64,000 nt of DNA from Tubiluchus corallicola (taxonomy: Eukaryota; Animalia; Priapulida). Every line of letters begins with the position of its first letter. The stretch's first letter is position 1. Both the position numbers and the translations under genes were made by a program. The stretch covers positions 124,001-188,000 of the forward strand of contig JAQGDQ010000305.1 of the NCBI GenBank assembly GCA_030141605.1. The letters run 5' to 3'. Positions 38,238-52,444 of the stretch are shown in pieces. The notes under the pieces were generated by a model. That model saw only the letters and a list, made by a program, of their open reading frames with translations. It was not told the origin of the DNA and did not search any database.

Positions 38238-41200
38238 CTATTTTGTCACAGTCACATACAAACGATGTACACAAAAAATTCTGAAAAACATAGTAATTAT
38301 ATAAATTTTCGATAAGCAACTGACGTACATATATCGTCCTAACTGTTGATTCTGCTGAAGGTACTTTTTTGGGTGCCTGCATCGTACAACAAATTTCTGT
38401 GGTTTGCCAATACTTTCTACTGAAATGACATTTTCAAAAGATTCTAGACCCTGAAAAATTATAAGCTTTTTATTAGGCCTAATTACAAATAATACACAAA
38501 TGTAGCACGAAACTCTGACAGTTTTCAAAAACTTTGTTTTTGTGACGTCATTGTTATGTAAGTCATATTTTTCAGGTAATGGTGGTTATAAACATGGTAG
38601 ATGTAAGGCATCGGATGATAGTAGTTATAAAGTATAATTTTAGATGATTATAAAGCACACTTTTCAAAAGATTCAAGTTACAGGACATACTTTTACCATT
38701 AACTTATGGGTCAAATTTTCAATTCTTATTCCATGACAACACTTCTTGAACCGTAATGATACATTTAACTGCTGTTTCCTGCATTATGTACATGCCTAGG
38801 TCTTTTGGTATTCTTTAATTATTACAGGTCAATCTGCTTTGCTGAAGGATTTCACACAATATTATGAGATGTAGGTGTTGTTAGCCAATTAAAAACTTTC
38901 AGTAGACGACTCTGGTGATCTTTAGACTTTTTTATATAACTTGCTATATTGAAGACATAAGACCTGATCAATAAATTACATATTTATTCATAGGAGGAAT
39001 GAGACTGTGGTTCAATCTTTTATTTTACCTTTTGAATTCTGAACTTTATAAAATTATTGTGTTTTAGCATACAATAAGTATTTTCATTTTTACTTATCCT
39101 AATAGTGAACTACGTAACTTATGCTGTTGGTTTTAGATTATGAATTTATTTGCTCTGATGGTTTCTTAATGCTCCGTGCCTGTGTGGCTTTCGCTTTCGT
39201 AAATAAAATCCTAAAAAATCTAAAGGAAACGATTCCAAAGAATTGTCAAGGCATCGCACATCATTTACACCACATATAGCGATACCGGACTCAGAACCTG
39301 GCCAAAGTTCGAGTTTTCTGGATTCGAACTTAGACGAAAACTTGTAACAATTAATCAGTGAACTTACTTTGTGGTATGACATTGTTGTTCCGCAACCGTA
39401 ATACGGTATGACCATATTTAGAAACTTTCGACCAGTCCCGTATACAGAACAACGCGGGTCATCTTCATTTGCAGTACTTCCGTGTCCGGTTAGCCTGTTC
39501 AAAGTTAGAGCGTCCGTGCGAACTGTTCCACGGAAATTGCCGTCGAATTTCAATGTCACTTGAATTTGACCGCAGTACATATAACACTTGGCTTCCAGAT
39601 CTGAAGATTATAAAATTAAACAATGATCGTTTGTGTATTTTATTTAAATTGAATTCGAATTGAACAGAATCGAATTAAAGCGAGTTTTCATCTGGGGTCA
39701 CGGAGTGCTCAAAGCATAGTAAAGAGAATGTTAAGATGGATAGAACATGTTATACGACTTCCAGACGACAGTCCATTAAAATTAGCTTTCAAAAAAGCAC
39801 AGCAGAAAGAAAAGAAACCGCAAGAGGACAGCTGTCGACTTACATCAATTTTATCCAAAAAATCTTATTAACATACCATTAGATATCAAAAATACAGAGA
39901 CATGGAAGGTTGCGGGTGACAGGGCAGCGTAGTCTAAAGTGATTGAAGGGTCATGTCAGACTACGTGTGACTCCTGAGATGATACGAGCAAGAGTTTGCT
40001 AAATATAGGGCGTTTCAGAAACTCTCACTAATTTTCTGTTTTCTTCTAAATTAATCGACCAACGGCATTCATCTTGCGATAAAGTCTGAAGTCTGTGGCG
40101 CTTACCAGACATGTTGAATTGCGTTTGCGTTATTGCGTATCCAGGTTGTCTATATCTATCGGGCAAATAGCAAGCGCAATTACAGATTCAGGTAAACGCC
40201 TCTAAATTCAATAATTGAGAACTTTTTTGAATCTACATGTGAAGTTTTGCGGCACCGTTTTCGTCTACCAACGTGGAAACTAGTGCACAGGTGAAAAATT
40301 TTTGCAATTGATGCGCAAAAATTTTCATTACTTTTGACTGAGCAACTAAATTCTCATTTCAAATTTCTCAAGAATTAGAATAATTGCTGCTTCAACAATT
40401 TTTGAAAATATAAAATAACTAAAATTCAAACACTAACATGCTTAGATTCAGCACTTTTTACTTGCTACTTTCATGTAAAGTTAACGAAATACAGAGTTAT
40501 GGAAAACGTGTGGGCATAAAGATTTTGAAAACATATTAGTGGGGGAATGTAAAACTAGTGAATGAAACCCCAAGAATATACACGTACGTAGGGCTGATCC
40601 ATTTAACAGGTGTTTTTTGAGGAGCATGTTGGGAAAGTTACGGTATTTTTAAACGTCCGACGTCTGGCACATGCATTTAGTATAAATTTTAATTTCGTCT
40701 TTGTGACCGACAAGCTATGATTAATCACTTTTCTCGCCTCCTAACTTTTGAGATGCTTTTGAATAATGCATTTCAGTGTTTTTATGTTTATCTTGTGATT
40801 TATAGAATATTCCCATTTGAATTTACTTAATTTTAACTACTGCTATTATTAATTTTACAGTCATAACATTGAAACTCGTTCCACCTCTTCAACTTTATTG
40901 ACTTCTCTTGGCTGTTATTGATTGTCTGCTATGAGAATTTCTTTATTTTTAGATCCGCATAGAAGTGCCGGATCCCTAAAGCTTGGATAAGATGTTGTTG
41001 TTGTTTTGGTGGTTATATTGTTGTTGCCACATGTATCTTTGAAAGTTGTCACAGGCGACAATTTTCATCGCAGGAGGCTGGAATTTTGCATTAAACTACC
41101 ACGGAGCAGTGCGCAGGCCGTAACAGACTCCGATTTTTCACTTTCCCAATAAGGCCCTCAAAAATACCCATTAAATAGAGCTGCCCTACGGGTGTGTACA

Positions 41201-44200
41201 TTCTTGGGGTTTCTTTTATTCTAATGCATAAATTTATAAGCTCCAGTAATGTGCATTCAAAGTTTTTGCGCGTGAATGCCTCCCATAACTTTCTGGAAAC
41301 CGTTAACTTTACAGGAAAGGAGCAAGTAGGACGTGCCGGATCCAAGTATATTAGTGTCTGAATTATGGTTAATTTATGAACTGCTAGAATTTATCTTTAC
41401 AAACTAGTTTCTGGTTAGTTTGCCATTTTTAAACCCACAACGTGTTCCACTTTTTGCTACTAGTGAAAATTATGACTTAATAGCTTTTCTATATTGTATA
41501 TTTTACGATTTGACAGAAGTTTAAGAAAAAAACTTGACTATTTTCGTATACTTGTTAAATGCTAAATATTTAAATGTGGGACTTGCTCCATTTTTGCCTT
41601 ATCCAGTCACAGTTAATAAACTTTTTACATTTTTAGTTCTGTTATTTTGTATATCCGAGCGTCAAGGTTTGCAAGGATTAGTAAATAATTAATGCTGTTG
41701 GTAACGTATCCGTTCAAATAAACATACATAAATTACTGACATATTCATTAACTAAATTAAAGCAACTCTAATTAATTAAGTAATAGAGGAATTACTACAA
41801 GTATTTTGTTTTGAAACCAGGACATCCTAACTAATTATTCCAGCAAATTCCAACTGAGGAGTCGAAAAAAGAGTGACGGACTAAGTGAATGATTGAATCA
41901 GACGCTCGGGAATTATTTGTTAGTTAAACACAGTAAAATTATATACGTTTAGCTTTGGCGACGTGTTGGTATCTGGGTTGTCTTGCATAGCTGTTTCCTT
42001 GACCTCTCTCGCTGAACCTGTCGAAACGTGAAGTAAAGCGTCTATTGCCCATCTGAAAACTATAACAAAAGAGGAATATCAGCTTTATCGACCATTTCTT
42101 CCTTTACATTCTTTTGCATACTTCGGCAAAATCTTGCAAGCAGGAGCCTAGCATACAATGGCATGGTTAAGGCTTTACTTAGTGTTGACGTTTGTAGCAA
42201 GACGGTGTGGCTTGTTAACAAGACTAGCCTCTCCCCTCTACCAGGTAAACGGCCTAAGTCAGTATGGCGAATGGCGAATATTGAATCCAGGTGATCACGA
42301 ACCATTCATTGACCAGTCTTGGCGTTGTTTTACGAAGCACACGTTATGAACATCCGCCTATTCCACTAATGATATCTCATAACTGAAGATAAAATTTGCA
42401 AATTTTATCTGCCAAACCCAATGATGTTCAGTTGTAGGCCTAAGCAGTTAGTTGAAGCTTCAGACACACATGTGAGAAGGTTTATATTTGTTTCCCGTTT
42501 CTGTTTTTATTTACTCTTGCTAGTAACAAAAAAGTAAAATGACCAGAAGCCAAGGGATAACCACAGTAATTAAGATCAGAACTCATAGTCGAAAGGCGAC
42601 ACCTGGTAAGCTAACATCATTGTGCTTATTCCGAGGCATCTCTGCCGAACACGCCAGAAATGATAGTACCTATTTAGGTAATCATATAATTCAAGAAGAT
42701 GTGTGAAAAGGTTTAATTACTTGAGTGGATGTCAGCTCGTTGATTGGTACGTCCATCACAGTGACCACTGAGCATTGCTACAGCACTGTGAATAGACCAG
42801 ACGGTATGATGTAGTTTTAACGCGTTCCCTTTCCACCTGGGAGTTCTTGAGATCGATGCTGCGGCTGGTTCATACCGAAGCCTTCAGAAATGGTACCGTT
42901 TTGCCCTGCCTGGCGCGTCGTATTTAGAGTAAAAGTGGCGTAATAATAGTATCTGGTGTATAAGCGTAGTTCTGATAAAAGCCTCGTGGCAGGCTTGTGT
43001 TATCTGTTGAATTTAAAGGCTACTTAAGATCAAGGTTATCATCATTATTACAACAGTTAAATGGCCACTGTGCCCCCGAAGTTAAGCAATGCCAGATGTG
43101 GTCAGAAAGTGGATGGATTAGGGGGTTTCACTCGCCATACTGTTTCTAGTTGCTACTTGTTTAGTGACCCACCTTACAAGATGGCGTTGCTTAATTCACA
43201 TTCCTGACCTACCACAATCAACTACATTAAGGATATCGAATACGTGGTTTACAAATTAATTATATTTAAATTTAAAAATGATTTGTGCAAAATATCTAAT
43301 GAAAGTCATTAATCAAATTTCGTATGAGTTGTAAGAAATTTCTTACTGTTGAAATAACACGTTCGTCAGATAATGCTTGACCAACTTTCTGTTAGCGCCA
43401 ATCTGTTTATACCAACATTTAGGTCAACAGAAATTACTCAACTCAATTGCAATATACATTTTTGACTGTCAGCTGGTGTTACGACCTCCACGCCCATTTA
43501 AGGTTTGTTCATACAAGGAAAGTTCATGTAGCTAGCTAGCGCAAGTCTGTCGCCGCCTGAGGCACTTTTTAATATTATACGTGCCATGTATAAACATTCC
43601 TCATGTATCAAAATGGAGGCGTATGACTGGACAATGCAGATAATTTTATTTGCTTCTTATTAAACATTAAGCATAATGAAATGTCTTTACTGCGACTATA
43701 TGAGGCATAATAGCACAATTCTTTGGAGTTAAAAGCTAAAAAGTTTTAAAGTTCTTAATCTTAAAATTCTCTGGCCTCAGTGATGATTCCTACGTATTTA
43801 TTCTTTCCTGGAAAAGTATTTTAAGCATTTGGAAAAGACATTTCTTTAACGCTACTGACCAGCAGTACCCACAGCAATATGCATAAATTTTACCCTTCCA
43901 CTTAAGCCTTATTAAGGTTCATTATGTAACAAAAGGCGTTTTTATGTAACAATCATTATATAATATAAATGATGCATTATGTAACAAACAAATGGGAGTT
44001 GATCGTGGTCTGTGGATAGGCTCTGTCATGGTATGGGTTTGCTCCGACTATTGGGCTGGGTCAGTTCCTTTCTGTTCGTCTCCTGCTTAGCCTGGTCTGG
44101 CTTGTGACACCGGTCTTCCTGGCGTCTGCCTGAAGTCTGGTTTGTTTGATCCGTAGCTGGGGTCTAGTCTTCTTTGGCGGCTCAGTCTGAAATCTGGTCT

Positions 44201-46068
44201 CCAGTGATCAGGTCTATCTAGGGTTGGTCTTCAGAGGTCGATAGACAAACATGACCATTGACAGATCGTACTCCATGCAGACCAGCCAGATCAGACTTCT
44301 GAAGATCAGATTCCAAACAGTCTAGCCAAAGCCCAGACTTGCATAATCAATGAGACCTCAGACAGACCAGATTTTGAACAGAGTTGCAGTAGACCTAGCC
44401 AGACCTAGCTGCAGCCAGCCCAGGACTAGAACAGAAAGAAACTGACTCAGTCCACTAATTAGAGCAAACCAGGCCGTGACGAAGCTTCCACAGGCCACCG
44501 GCAACCTCTACATAATGCGTCATTTTTGTTACATAATGACGAATCTTGTGATTTACTGCGTTGTTACGTAAAATACAAATGTATAGCGTTTTATGCAAAT
44601 AATAACAGACCCCAATATTTTTATCCGCGACTGCTAGCGTCGCTTATCTAGAAGAACTGCCGTCACTGACTTTTCAACATTCATTATGTTAGGCATCTAG
44701 TTTTTCACTTTTTAATTCATGTTAACTTGCGAAACTTGCGGGGTGGATGCCTAGGGTAAAGGCCTTGACAGTGGTGAAAGTTGAAAGTTGGGTGAAATGT
44801 GATCTCGGTTAAATGGACACTGAACTTTGGTCAGGTTTTTGATTGATGTTCAACTCCCGCAAGGACTTTGAGTTAAATTAAATATTTTTTCACGAGTATT
44901 ATAGGGCAGGCGTGTATCTGGACTTTTAAAAAGTTAGGATTCTTTAACTAAGAGCCCGAGATGGTCCACAAAATGCGTAACATTGGGTAACTCTAAAACT
45001 ACAGTTACTAAAGTCACGAAAATCACAGGGATGAGCGGTAGGGTAGAGGCTGAGCCAACAGCATGGTTTAAAAAGGTGGGATAGTTAAAGGGCCCGAGAT
45101 AATAACCAAAATATGAAAATTAGGGCATCCAATTTAAATTCATGTTAACGTCCAAAAGCAGAGGGCTGGAGTAACGAAACTTTCAGGGTAGGTACCTGGC
45201 GTAGGGGTATTGAAAGTGGTGCAGTGAACGTTGAGCAAGATTAAGGACACTGGACATCCCTCGGTTTTTCGATTTCCGTTAAACCCCTCTAGGGCGTAGA
45301 GTTCATATTTATTTACGTGTTGTGAGATGGTACGTGGAGTTTTAACAAAGTTGTGATTTTCAAGGGCCCGAAATAAGATCCAAAATCCATAACAATGAAT
45401 AGCGCTAAACTAATTAGAATCACGAAACTTATAGGGTAGACATCTGGAGCACGGATCACGGACAAGTGGTGACGTGTGACAATCACACTCGACTATGTAT
45501 GCTCAGGTGTAAATACGATCATGGCGTCACGCTGGCAGATTTGAATCTGACGCTTGCGCTGGCATAAACTCAACTAACGTAGTGCACTGAGGCAATTCAT
45601 CTTCTAACTTAAATGATGCTAGTGATTTAAGTCGTAAACGTAACGACTTTATATTTGAAGCTAATAATGTAATTAGCAATTTTTTGTTTTCTCAACAGTA
45701 GCATGAAAACAAAGGTATTTATGACCTATTGCCATGCATTTTAAGATAGCCTGGAAACTTCATAATAAAACATTAGTAGTTTTAACATAGCCTGGAATGT
45801 ATCCATCTGTAAACTATAGAACGCACAGGTTCGTTTTACCACACATCAGAAAATTTCTTGCCCAAGTAACCATTTTTAAAAGCTTTCCGTTAAATTTTAT
45901 GTAACTTGCATGAAGAGTGACAACACATTAATTAGTTATTTTGCTAGGCAAGCCGAATTTTTAACAAGATTATGTCATTCGTTATAATCTACAGTTTCTT
46001 AACTTGTGTGCCGTACTTTTATAGTACTAATATCTGTATAGTGATTTTTTCCACTTGACCTTATTTGT

Positions 46069-46142
<74 letters not shown>

Positions 46143-48492
46143 GTGTGTGTGTGTGTGTGCGTGTGCGTGTGCGTGTGCGTGTGCGTGTGCGTAGATTTTG
46201 TAATCCAATCCTGTAAATTTTTTTCTGTGAAATCTTGTATTTTTATACTGTACTGTTCGAATTTAATGGTATAATTAACACGAAAATGGCTTTTACTAAA
46301 GGTTTAGTATATCTTTTTATTGTTATTATATAAACAACTATTTTGTTTATTACAAAGAAGACATTTTTGCTAAATTGTCAAGGGTAACTGATATACTTCA
46401 ATCTTTATTTCTCCTAAGAACTGAAAAATAGCCAAAAAATTTACAATTTCTTATAAAAAAAACTTTTTAGCGTTCCTAACCTGTTCACCCTGCATTACAC
46501 ATGTACGTTCAATGTGAGCAGGTGTGGCTTAAAAGTGGATAAAACATATAGCATCCAAGTCATTGATCAGTTCCAATGACAAAAATCAGTTATGCCAGTA
46601 TCTGCAGTTTGGCCCTTAGTTCACGAAACCAGAACAAGCATTTTTGTAATAAATAAATAAATTACTCTTTTAAGTCGTGTCTCCGAAACTTGAATGTAAC
46701 TTATATAACTTATAATATAAAGTCATCTCATGAACATAAATTTCATAAATTTTGTTACATTTTTTGTGCCCTACCCTTACGTTCACCTGTTTTAGACGTC
46801 CAGATTCACAATCATTAAACACATTCATTGTTTTCAGTTCTTCAGAAAATCACTAATGCTGAAATTTTCTTCACTATTTTTATCGTACTGCAAGTCACGT
46901 TAAATTCTCTGTTACGTTCGGTTTTTGAAACCTTTACGAATTTGGAATGAAATTTTTTAGTAGAAGTAGTTGTATTTTTTCTTCGAAAAAACTTAACTAT
47001 AAACACGCCGGGCAAACAAGAAAATGAATGGACGTTTTGAAACGATTTGTCGCTTATTCCAAAAAATGTGTCATTGCTATACTAACCTGTGACAAGAAAT
47101 AACAGTATTTAATCATTTCTTTCAATATTATGTGCGTGATATCAAGGTTTTATGTGAAATGTTAAATATTATTACTTGTCGATCTGAATGTTTGTCTTCA
47201 GTGAAAAAGGCCTATCGCCGCAGCAACTTGTTGCAAAAATAAAATTACAGATATTTTGACAAACGTCTGCAGAAAAACTGTTTTCCGATGTCCTGGGATA
47301 AAAGTTCAGCATGAAAATTGAAACTTTATTATGAATCTGAATTCTCCAACAAAAATCTTGCTTGGTGGTAAAAAGCTAATTTGAATTTTAGCTACTGATA
47401 AGGATATTTCAATTATATTTATTTATAGTTAAAAAAATACAAATAAAACGACTTAGACATGACCAGTTTAGAAGACGTATGTAAGCATTACGGTTTTAAA
47501 CAACCTAAGCTGTCCCGTCAAACTTTGTGATTATAATAATAAAGAGGGTCTATTAAGTAACAGTTTTAGTAAATATCATTTTGCCCTCGTACAATAGCAT
47601 CTGGCAACCTCCTGCTGTGCTTGTGCAGTTTATTGTACAGTTCTGAAGTCGGTATATTATATTCTTAATTATAGAACAACGTCAAATTTCAAATTTGAAA
47701 AAATAGAAACTAGAAAGCTAACTATCTTGGAACAGATAGCACGCCGTTTTCATTAATTTTCAAAGGGTTCAGTTTTCGTGACGTGTTTCGCACGTTTGAT
47801 CCATCGGCAACATTTCTTTTCGCAGTATATTTGGTATGTTAAAGTATATTATTCTCCTCGCTCGTTTAAATTGCTGTTTATGAGGAAGCTTCAGAGGTTG
47901 TGGAGCAGTTGAGCCAGTTAAAGCGCCTGACTGGTCATTGTGAGATGGACACCCGCTGGTCCGCTGGTTGACTGACATTTCGCGATCCCGGTATTCTAAC
48001 TTGGTTTTAAACTAAACTCAAAATTTTACCCTCCAGAATACCCTACAGAACATTTTATTGTCTAAAAATATTGCTTCTTTACCTAATCATTCATGTACTT
48101 TTTCTAATACGGCTTTTTTTATCCCTGATTATTGTTTCTATGGATAATCCTAGTTTTGTCACGAATGTTTTTGTTTTTTCCCCAATTTCAAATAAGTCTT
48201 TATTTCCTGAGATCACTGTTAGTGTAAATGGTGTATTTTCCTAATAAAAATTTAATAAAATTTATTATTACATTTACGAAACAGATATTGTTCTTGTTAT
48301 AAGGAATTTAATAATCTTTTTCAAAGTCATTTATGACGTTAGAATTGCGTCACTGCTACCATAAATCTACTGTAAAAATTTACTCTCTTGTTAAGTAACT
48401 AAAATAAAATCATCATCTTACCTTGGTATTATTAAAACTGATACTAAAATAATTAGAACCTGAAGACAAGATAATTTACTCAACAACAGCAT
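38238..48492 (-). CDS. ZP-N domain protein, paralog B (ZP exons firm; 5' and 3' exons tentative)
   Basis: Exons 39600-39368 (LEAKCYMYCGQIQVTLKFDGNFRGTVRTD...PRCSVYGTGRKFLNMVIPYYGCGT) and 38450-38329 (GLESFENVISVESIGKPQKFVVRCRH) give the ZP-N cysteine pattern. Candidate signal-peptide exon 48492-48422 (MLLLSKLSCLQVLIILVSVLIIP|gtaaga). Candidate internal exons ~42054-41947 and 40155-40106. The end is either read-through to 38238 or a splice to ~35883. Confidence 0.62.
39730..39960 (+). mobile_element. RTE-type non-LTR retrotransposon 3' fragment
   Basis: WIEHVIRLPDDSPLKLAF...WKVAGDRAA resembles the C-terminal WxGHVxR...AxDRxxW motif. Confidence 0.5.
42790..43125 (+). mobile_element. tRNA-derived SINE with Meta-like central domain and downstream 5S-like segment
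   Basis: Degenerate tRNA head, then ggttcataccgaagccttcagaaatggtaccgttttgccctgcctggcgc (like the MetaSINE GGTCATACCAAAGACT...AATGGTAC...CCTGCTTGGC), then ccgaagttaagcaatgccagatgtggtcagaaagtggatgga. Confidence 0.55.
43915..44575. mobile_element. Large diverged foldback element (~300-bp arms)
   Basis: cattatgtaacaa subrepeats at the left and ttacataatg at the right; gggtcagttcctttctgttc mirrors gaacagaaagaaactgactc; ggtttgctcc mirrors gagcaaacc. Confidence 0.7.
44615..45560. repeat. Element with diverged ~420-bp tandem units (Helentron/DINE-1-like)
   Basis: aattcatgttaac...cgaaact...ggacactg...aaagtt...agggcccga...caaaat...acgaaa repeated at ~44714 and ~45137; starts after a T-run with a small hairpin (cgactgctagcgtcg). 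Confidence 0.5.
46071..46192. repeat. (GT)n/(GTGTGC)n microsatellite
   Basis: Directly visible. Confidence 0.95.
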
Positions 48493-49093
48493 TTTTTAAA
48501 GATTTCTTCCGGACACAACCTATGTGAAAGCGCTGCTATTACGGTCAGTGCAAAAACCAATAATTCCGCGAGAAAGTTTTTCGCATTTCCATAATCTAAA
48601 ATCACAAAGAAAATAGACAACCCATTTTATCCACTCCAAAACGCATTACCCAGAACATGTGGCCCAGATCTAAGCCAGATTTGAACACCATAAATAAAAA
48701 CTATTGCCATAAAAATTATTAACTATGGTGCTCATTTTATAATAAGACGTGAGGTGAATAAAAAATTACATTAAGCCATTGAAAATCATGGCGTCACTGA
48801 AAGGATTAGTCATCTGTTCTATTGGTACAGATGAACCTTGCACGACTATAAGCATAAGAATTATTTAGAGCCCTCAAGGAATTATTCGGATCAGTAGTAT
48901 GCGCATGTAGGTCAGTAAAAATTAATTAACTTTACAAATCAAATTAATGTTAAGTGTTAGGTTAATTGCTTATTACTTGTTATTCACTTTTATTTATATT
49001 ATTGTACATAAATTGTTTTTCTTTAGTAGATCTCGTATTATGTTACAAGAGCTGTTATAAATTAAGTCAAAAGTGCATTACTTGTAAAAATAC

Positions 49094-49319
49094 TAAAGTG
49101 GCGTTTACCTGGCACCCGGAATGCGTAGCGTATGCGTTATGTGTTATCCACATGCGAAATAGCTGCACAATAAAAAAAATCAACATGAAATAGCTGCAGA
49201 AAAAATTGCACATAACTCAAATCTAATAAACGGGTGCATTGAAAACAATATAAACCTATTTTACCCATTCCGCTTCCGCATAACGCATACGCATTCCGCA
49301 TGCTAGGTAAACACCACTT
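49094..49319. mobile_element. MITE with ~50-bp terminal inverted repeats
   Basis: aagtggcgtttacctggcacccggaatgcgtagcgtatgcgttatg vs cataacgcatacgcattccgcatgctaggtaaacaccactt. Confidence 0.8.
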
Positions 49320-51679
49320 GAGAGAAACAGAATAAAACTACTCCTTAGTGAACAACGAATTAATGCACAAAAATAAGAATAAAAACTGTTCAGTTAGTTT
49401 TATAGAACACATGATAAGAATGTATTGGATCATCATGACAAAGTAGTCTATTGAATAATTTGCCCATGGCAATGACAGATAGTCGACTTGAATAAAACAT
49501 CTAAATCTGAATATTAAAACGCTGACCTAAAACTGTTTTTAATTAATGTGAATATTTTATTTGTCAGAGACTAAACAGTGTAAATATTAACATTAGACCA
49601 GTGTAGATTGGCTCACTTTGTTTTCTGATAAAAACCAATTTAGAATGGAGCAAGACCCGTGTGCCTTGCGTTAACGCAAATGTTACATAAATGTAAAAAT
49701 ACTGATTTTCTTTAGTAGCTTAAATGGTTTATCATTATTGAATGGAAACCGTTACAATCAAGACTTTTACTGAAAATAAGAACTTTTTAATGGCGGTGTT
49801 CAATTCGTTCATGGTGAAAGGAGAATTTAAGAGAAGACGCCCGCGGATCACTGGTGTCATTCAACAAACTAACGCTACCCGTTATTGAAATTTGCGTCTG
49901 AAACTAGTTCGTCTCTGAAAAAAGTCATTATAAAAAACTTTGACATAAGTTTTGCGGATCCGTTTAAGTTTGTGAACTAACGTTGCATTACAAATGTTTT
50001 AATTAATCCCTTTTATAATGGCAAACTGTATTAGACAAGTAACAAGTTAGTTAGATTTTCCACTCAGAACGGTTTTAAATGCCTACGTACTACATTTCAT
50101 GTTTAACCGTTAATCTTTGGTTCTCAAGAAATAGACTTATAAATGCATTCCAAATTTCATGGGGATTTTGCTATTGAATAGCAGCTTCACGCGTGAGAAT
50201 TACTGTTTTTAAAATCAAACGCAGTTCAAAATATTTAAAAGAAACCGTGAACGATTTTTAACAGATAAGACGTCACAGAGCTTTCGAATTGCCGTTTATG
50301 AAATTTAACCGAAAACTGTAATGTTGTTTCTCAGTAATAGCCATCCTACTCATCCTGCAGTTATGGCACTGTGAAGATCACTTGAGCAGCATCTTGAAGT
50401 CACATACGAATAGTGTTGAGCAGTATACATAAAGTGTAAAGTGTGGAATGTTTAATGTAAATGTAAAGCACGAAGTGTGTACAGATAGTGCAAGGTGTGT
50501 AAAGCGTGAAGTGACTTCTGAAAATGCCCACTTTTGTTTCCAAATCACATGTGTATTTGCTATGTAGCGCCTGGTCAAGCACAATAAGAGAGAAATCCCA
50601 AGGCGCAAGGATCTTCTGATCCTGGGACTGGTTCATGATTTGTTGAAAGTTCAGTCGTGGGGAGATCAATTGCAGAAGGATAAACCAACTTTATTAGCCC
50701 ACTGTTTGGTCTAAAGAACAGCGTGCTCGAGCAAGCAACAAAAGTAATTGTTTTCCTACTTTTGGCTTAGCAATTCAGCATCAATTTCTACTGACCACTA
50801 TTGGCCTAATTCATCTGCCACCATTATAGATGGTCAGGAATCTTGACTCCTCAATCCAAGCTGATTAATTTCTTGCTTCATGTCATTTAGTGATGCTGCA
50901 TGTACAGTGCGATAGTTAAGGCAACAATTATCATGACAATCAATTTACAAGAAAATATTGTTTAAATTATTACTTATATGCTAGCCAAGGTACCGCAAAG
51001 TTTTTGCTCATAAATATACTTGTAATCAATAATGAGCGAACATCCTACATAGTCTTGCACTTTAATAGGCTGTTAGGATTGCAGTACTGCCTTTATTTAA
51101 TAATGCAACCCTGCAGCATAAATTATATGAACCAGAGTGCAATGGGATGCGTTTCTTCATTGTAGCTTCGAAGCGAGAATCTTTGGAAAATCTCCAGTTA
51201 ACTCGCAGCCGTTCCTGCTGGCAGAGGCGTCCTAAAAAGCGACAAGCATCAAGATAATCGTCCTTCCAAAAAGCTATAAATCTCCTTCCAAGAGCTCCAC
51301 TGGGCGCCGTTTTCTTCTATATAGTATTCAGTTAAATAAACCGTTCTTTCAATAAATGGAGCTCAGTACTAACCTTTCTTATGCACTTTTAAACTAACTT
51401 GTGCTCTTTTTTGAACAGTTTCGTTCTTTTTTGTATAGCCTCATATTGTGTATTATTTTGCTTAGTGTAATACCGTGTAGTACATAACGTTTTGCTAGGG
51501 GCCATAGTAGGGTGTACAAAAACAATAAGTAATAGTACTGAACATTTTATTACATCAAAGTATTGCTGAAACACTAGTGAACCTATAAAGGCCTCTATCA
51601 AAATTTCGTATGACTTGATTGATTTGATATGATTTGATTTAACTCTTTATTGCAAACTCTAGGTTCATATATACAAAAA

Positions 51680-52020
51680 TACATTCAGGACAAAAGTTAC
51701 GTGAAACATTTACAAATGTTTCCAATTACGACTTTTTTTATTATGGCAACTTCACGGGCCTCACACAGCCTACAATACTGAGGGTATGTTTTGAGCAGCG
51801 ACTCGATGGATACAGCACATCTTGAACAAACGTTTTTGTTGAATACTGATCAATGGCATGTTTTTAATCATCTTCACTCCATCTTTCAGGATAGCTCCAA
51901 TGTGTTTGCCGGGGTTGAGGTCCTGTGAGTTTCCAGGCCATTCAGTTCGATCAAAAAAATAAATCCCAGTGTGTTCAGTTCCCTGCACCAATCATAGCTT
52001 CAACATTGCAGGCAGTGCAC
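51680..52020 (-). mobile_element. Tc1/mariner transposase C-terminal relic with terminal repeat
   Basis: EWPGNSQDLNPGKHIG corresponds to the WPxNSPDLNPIExxW motif; ends in aacttttgtcctgaatgTA. Confidence 0.8.
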
Positions 52021-52444
52021 AAGGCTTTCTCATTAAATATTGAGGGTGCGACTGGTTTTACGTACACACGCGCTACGTACACACCGTAGCAAAATGCTAT
52101 GTACAACCCGATACTACATGTATCGATTTAAAAAATAAAAAGTTGTTCTCTTGTACATCTCTCTGTAGTTAGGCATACTGTGTTTAAATAACGAAAGACA
52201 AAAAATATTTTATTTCCATAAATAGTAAGAATTAGAAATTCGGTATTCATTTTTAAGTAAAAAGATAGGTACAATTATAATTACAGGGCATAACAAAAAA
52301 AGTATAAATATGCAGTATAATTAATTTGTAATTACTACGGACTAGTATGCCATGTATAAATATATAGTACAAAAAGGCTCCGCATTATGTGGTGAAATTG
52401 CAGTATAAACTCCACAAAGAAAGTAGATATCAATAAAATTATCA

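Noticed and set aside
40106-40155. Firm exon call for paralog B
   Set aside because: Phase fits, but it lies inside a possible mariner-like element (TATAGGGCGTTTCAG at ~40004, TGAAACCCC at ~40563), so it is kept tentative only.
47769-47995. 69-aa ORF as exon 2 of paralog B
   Set aside because: No acceptor gives the phase 2 needed after the 48492-48422 exon without a stop.
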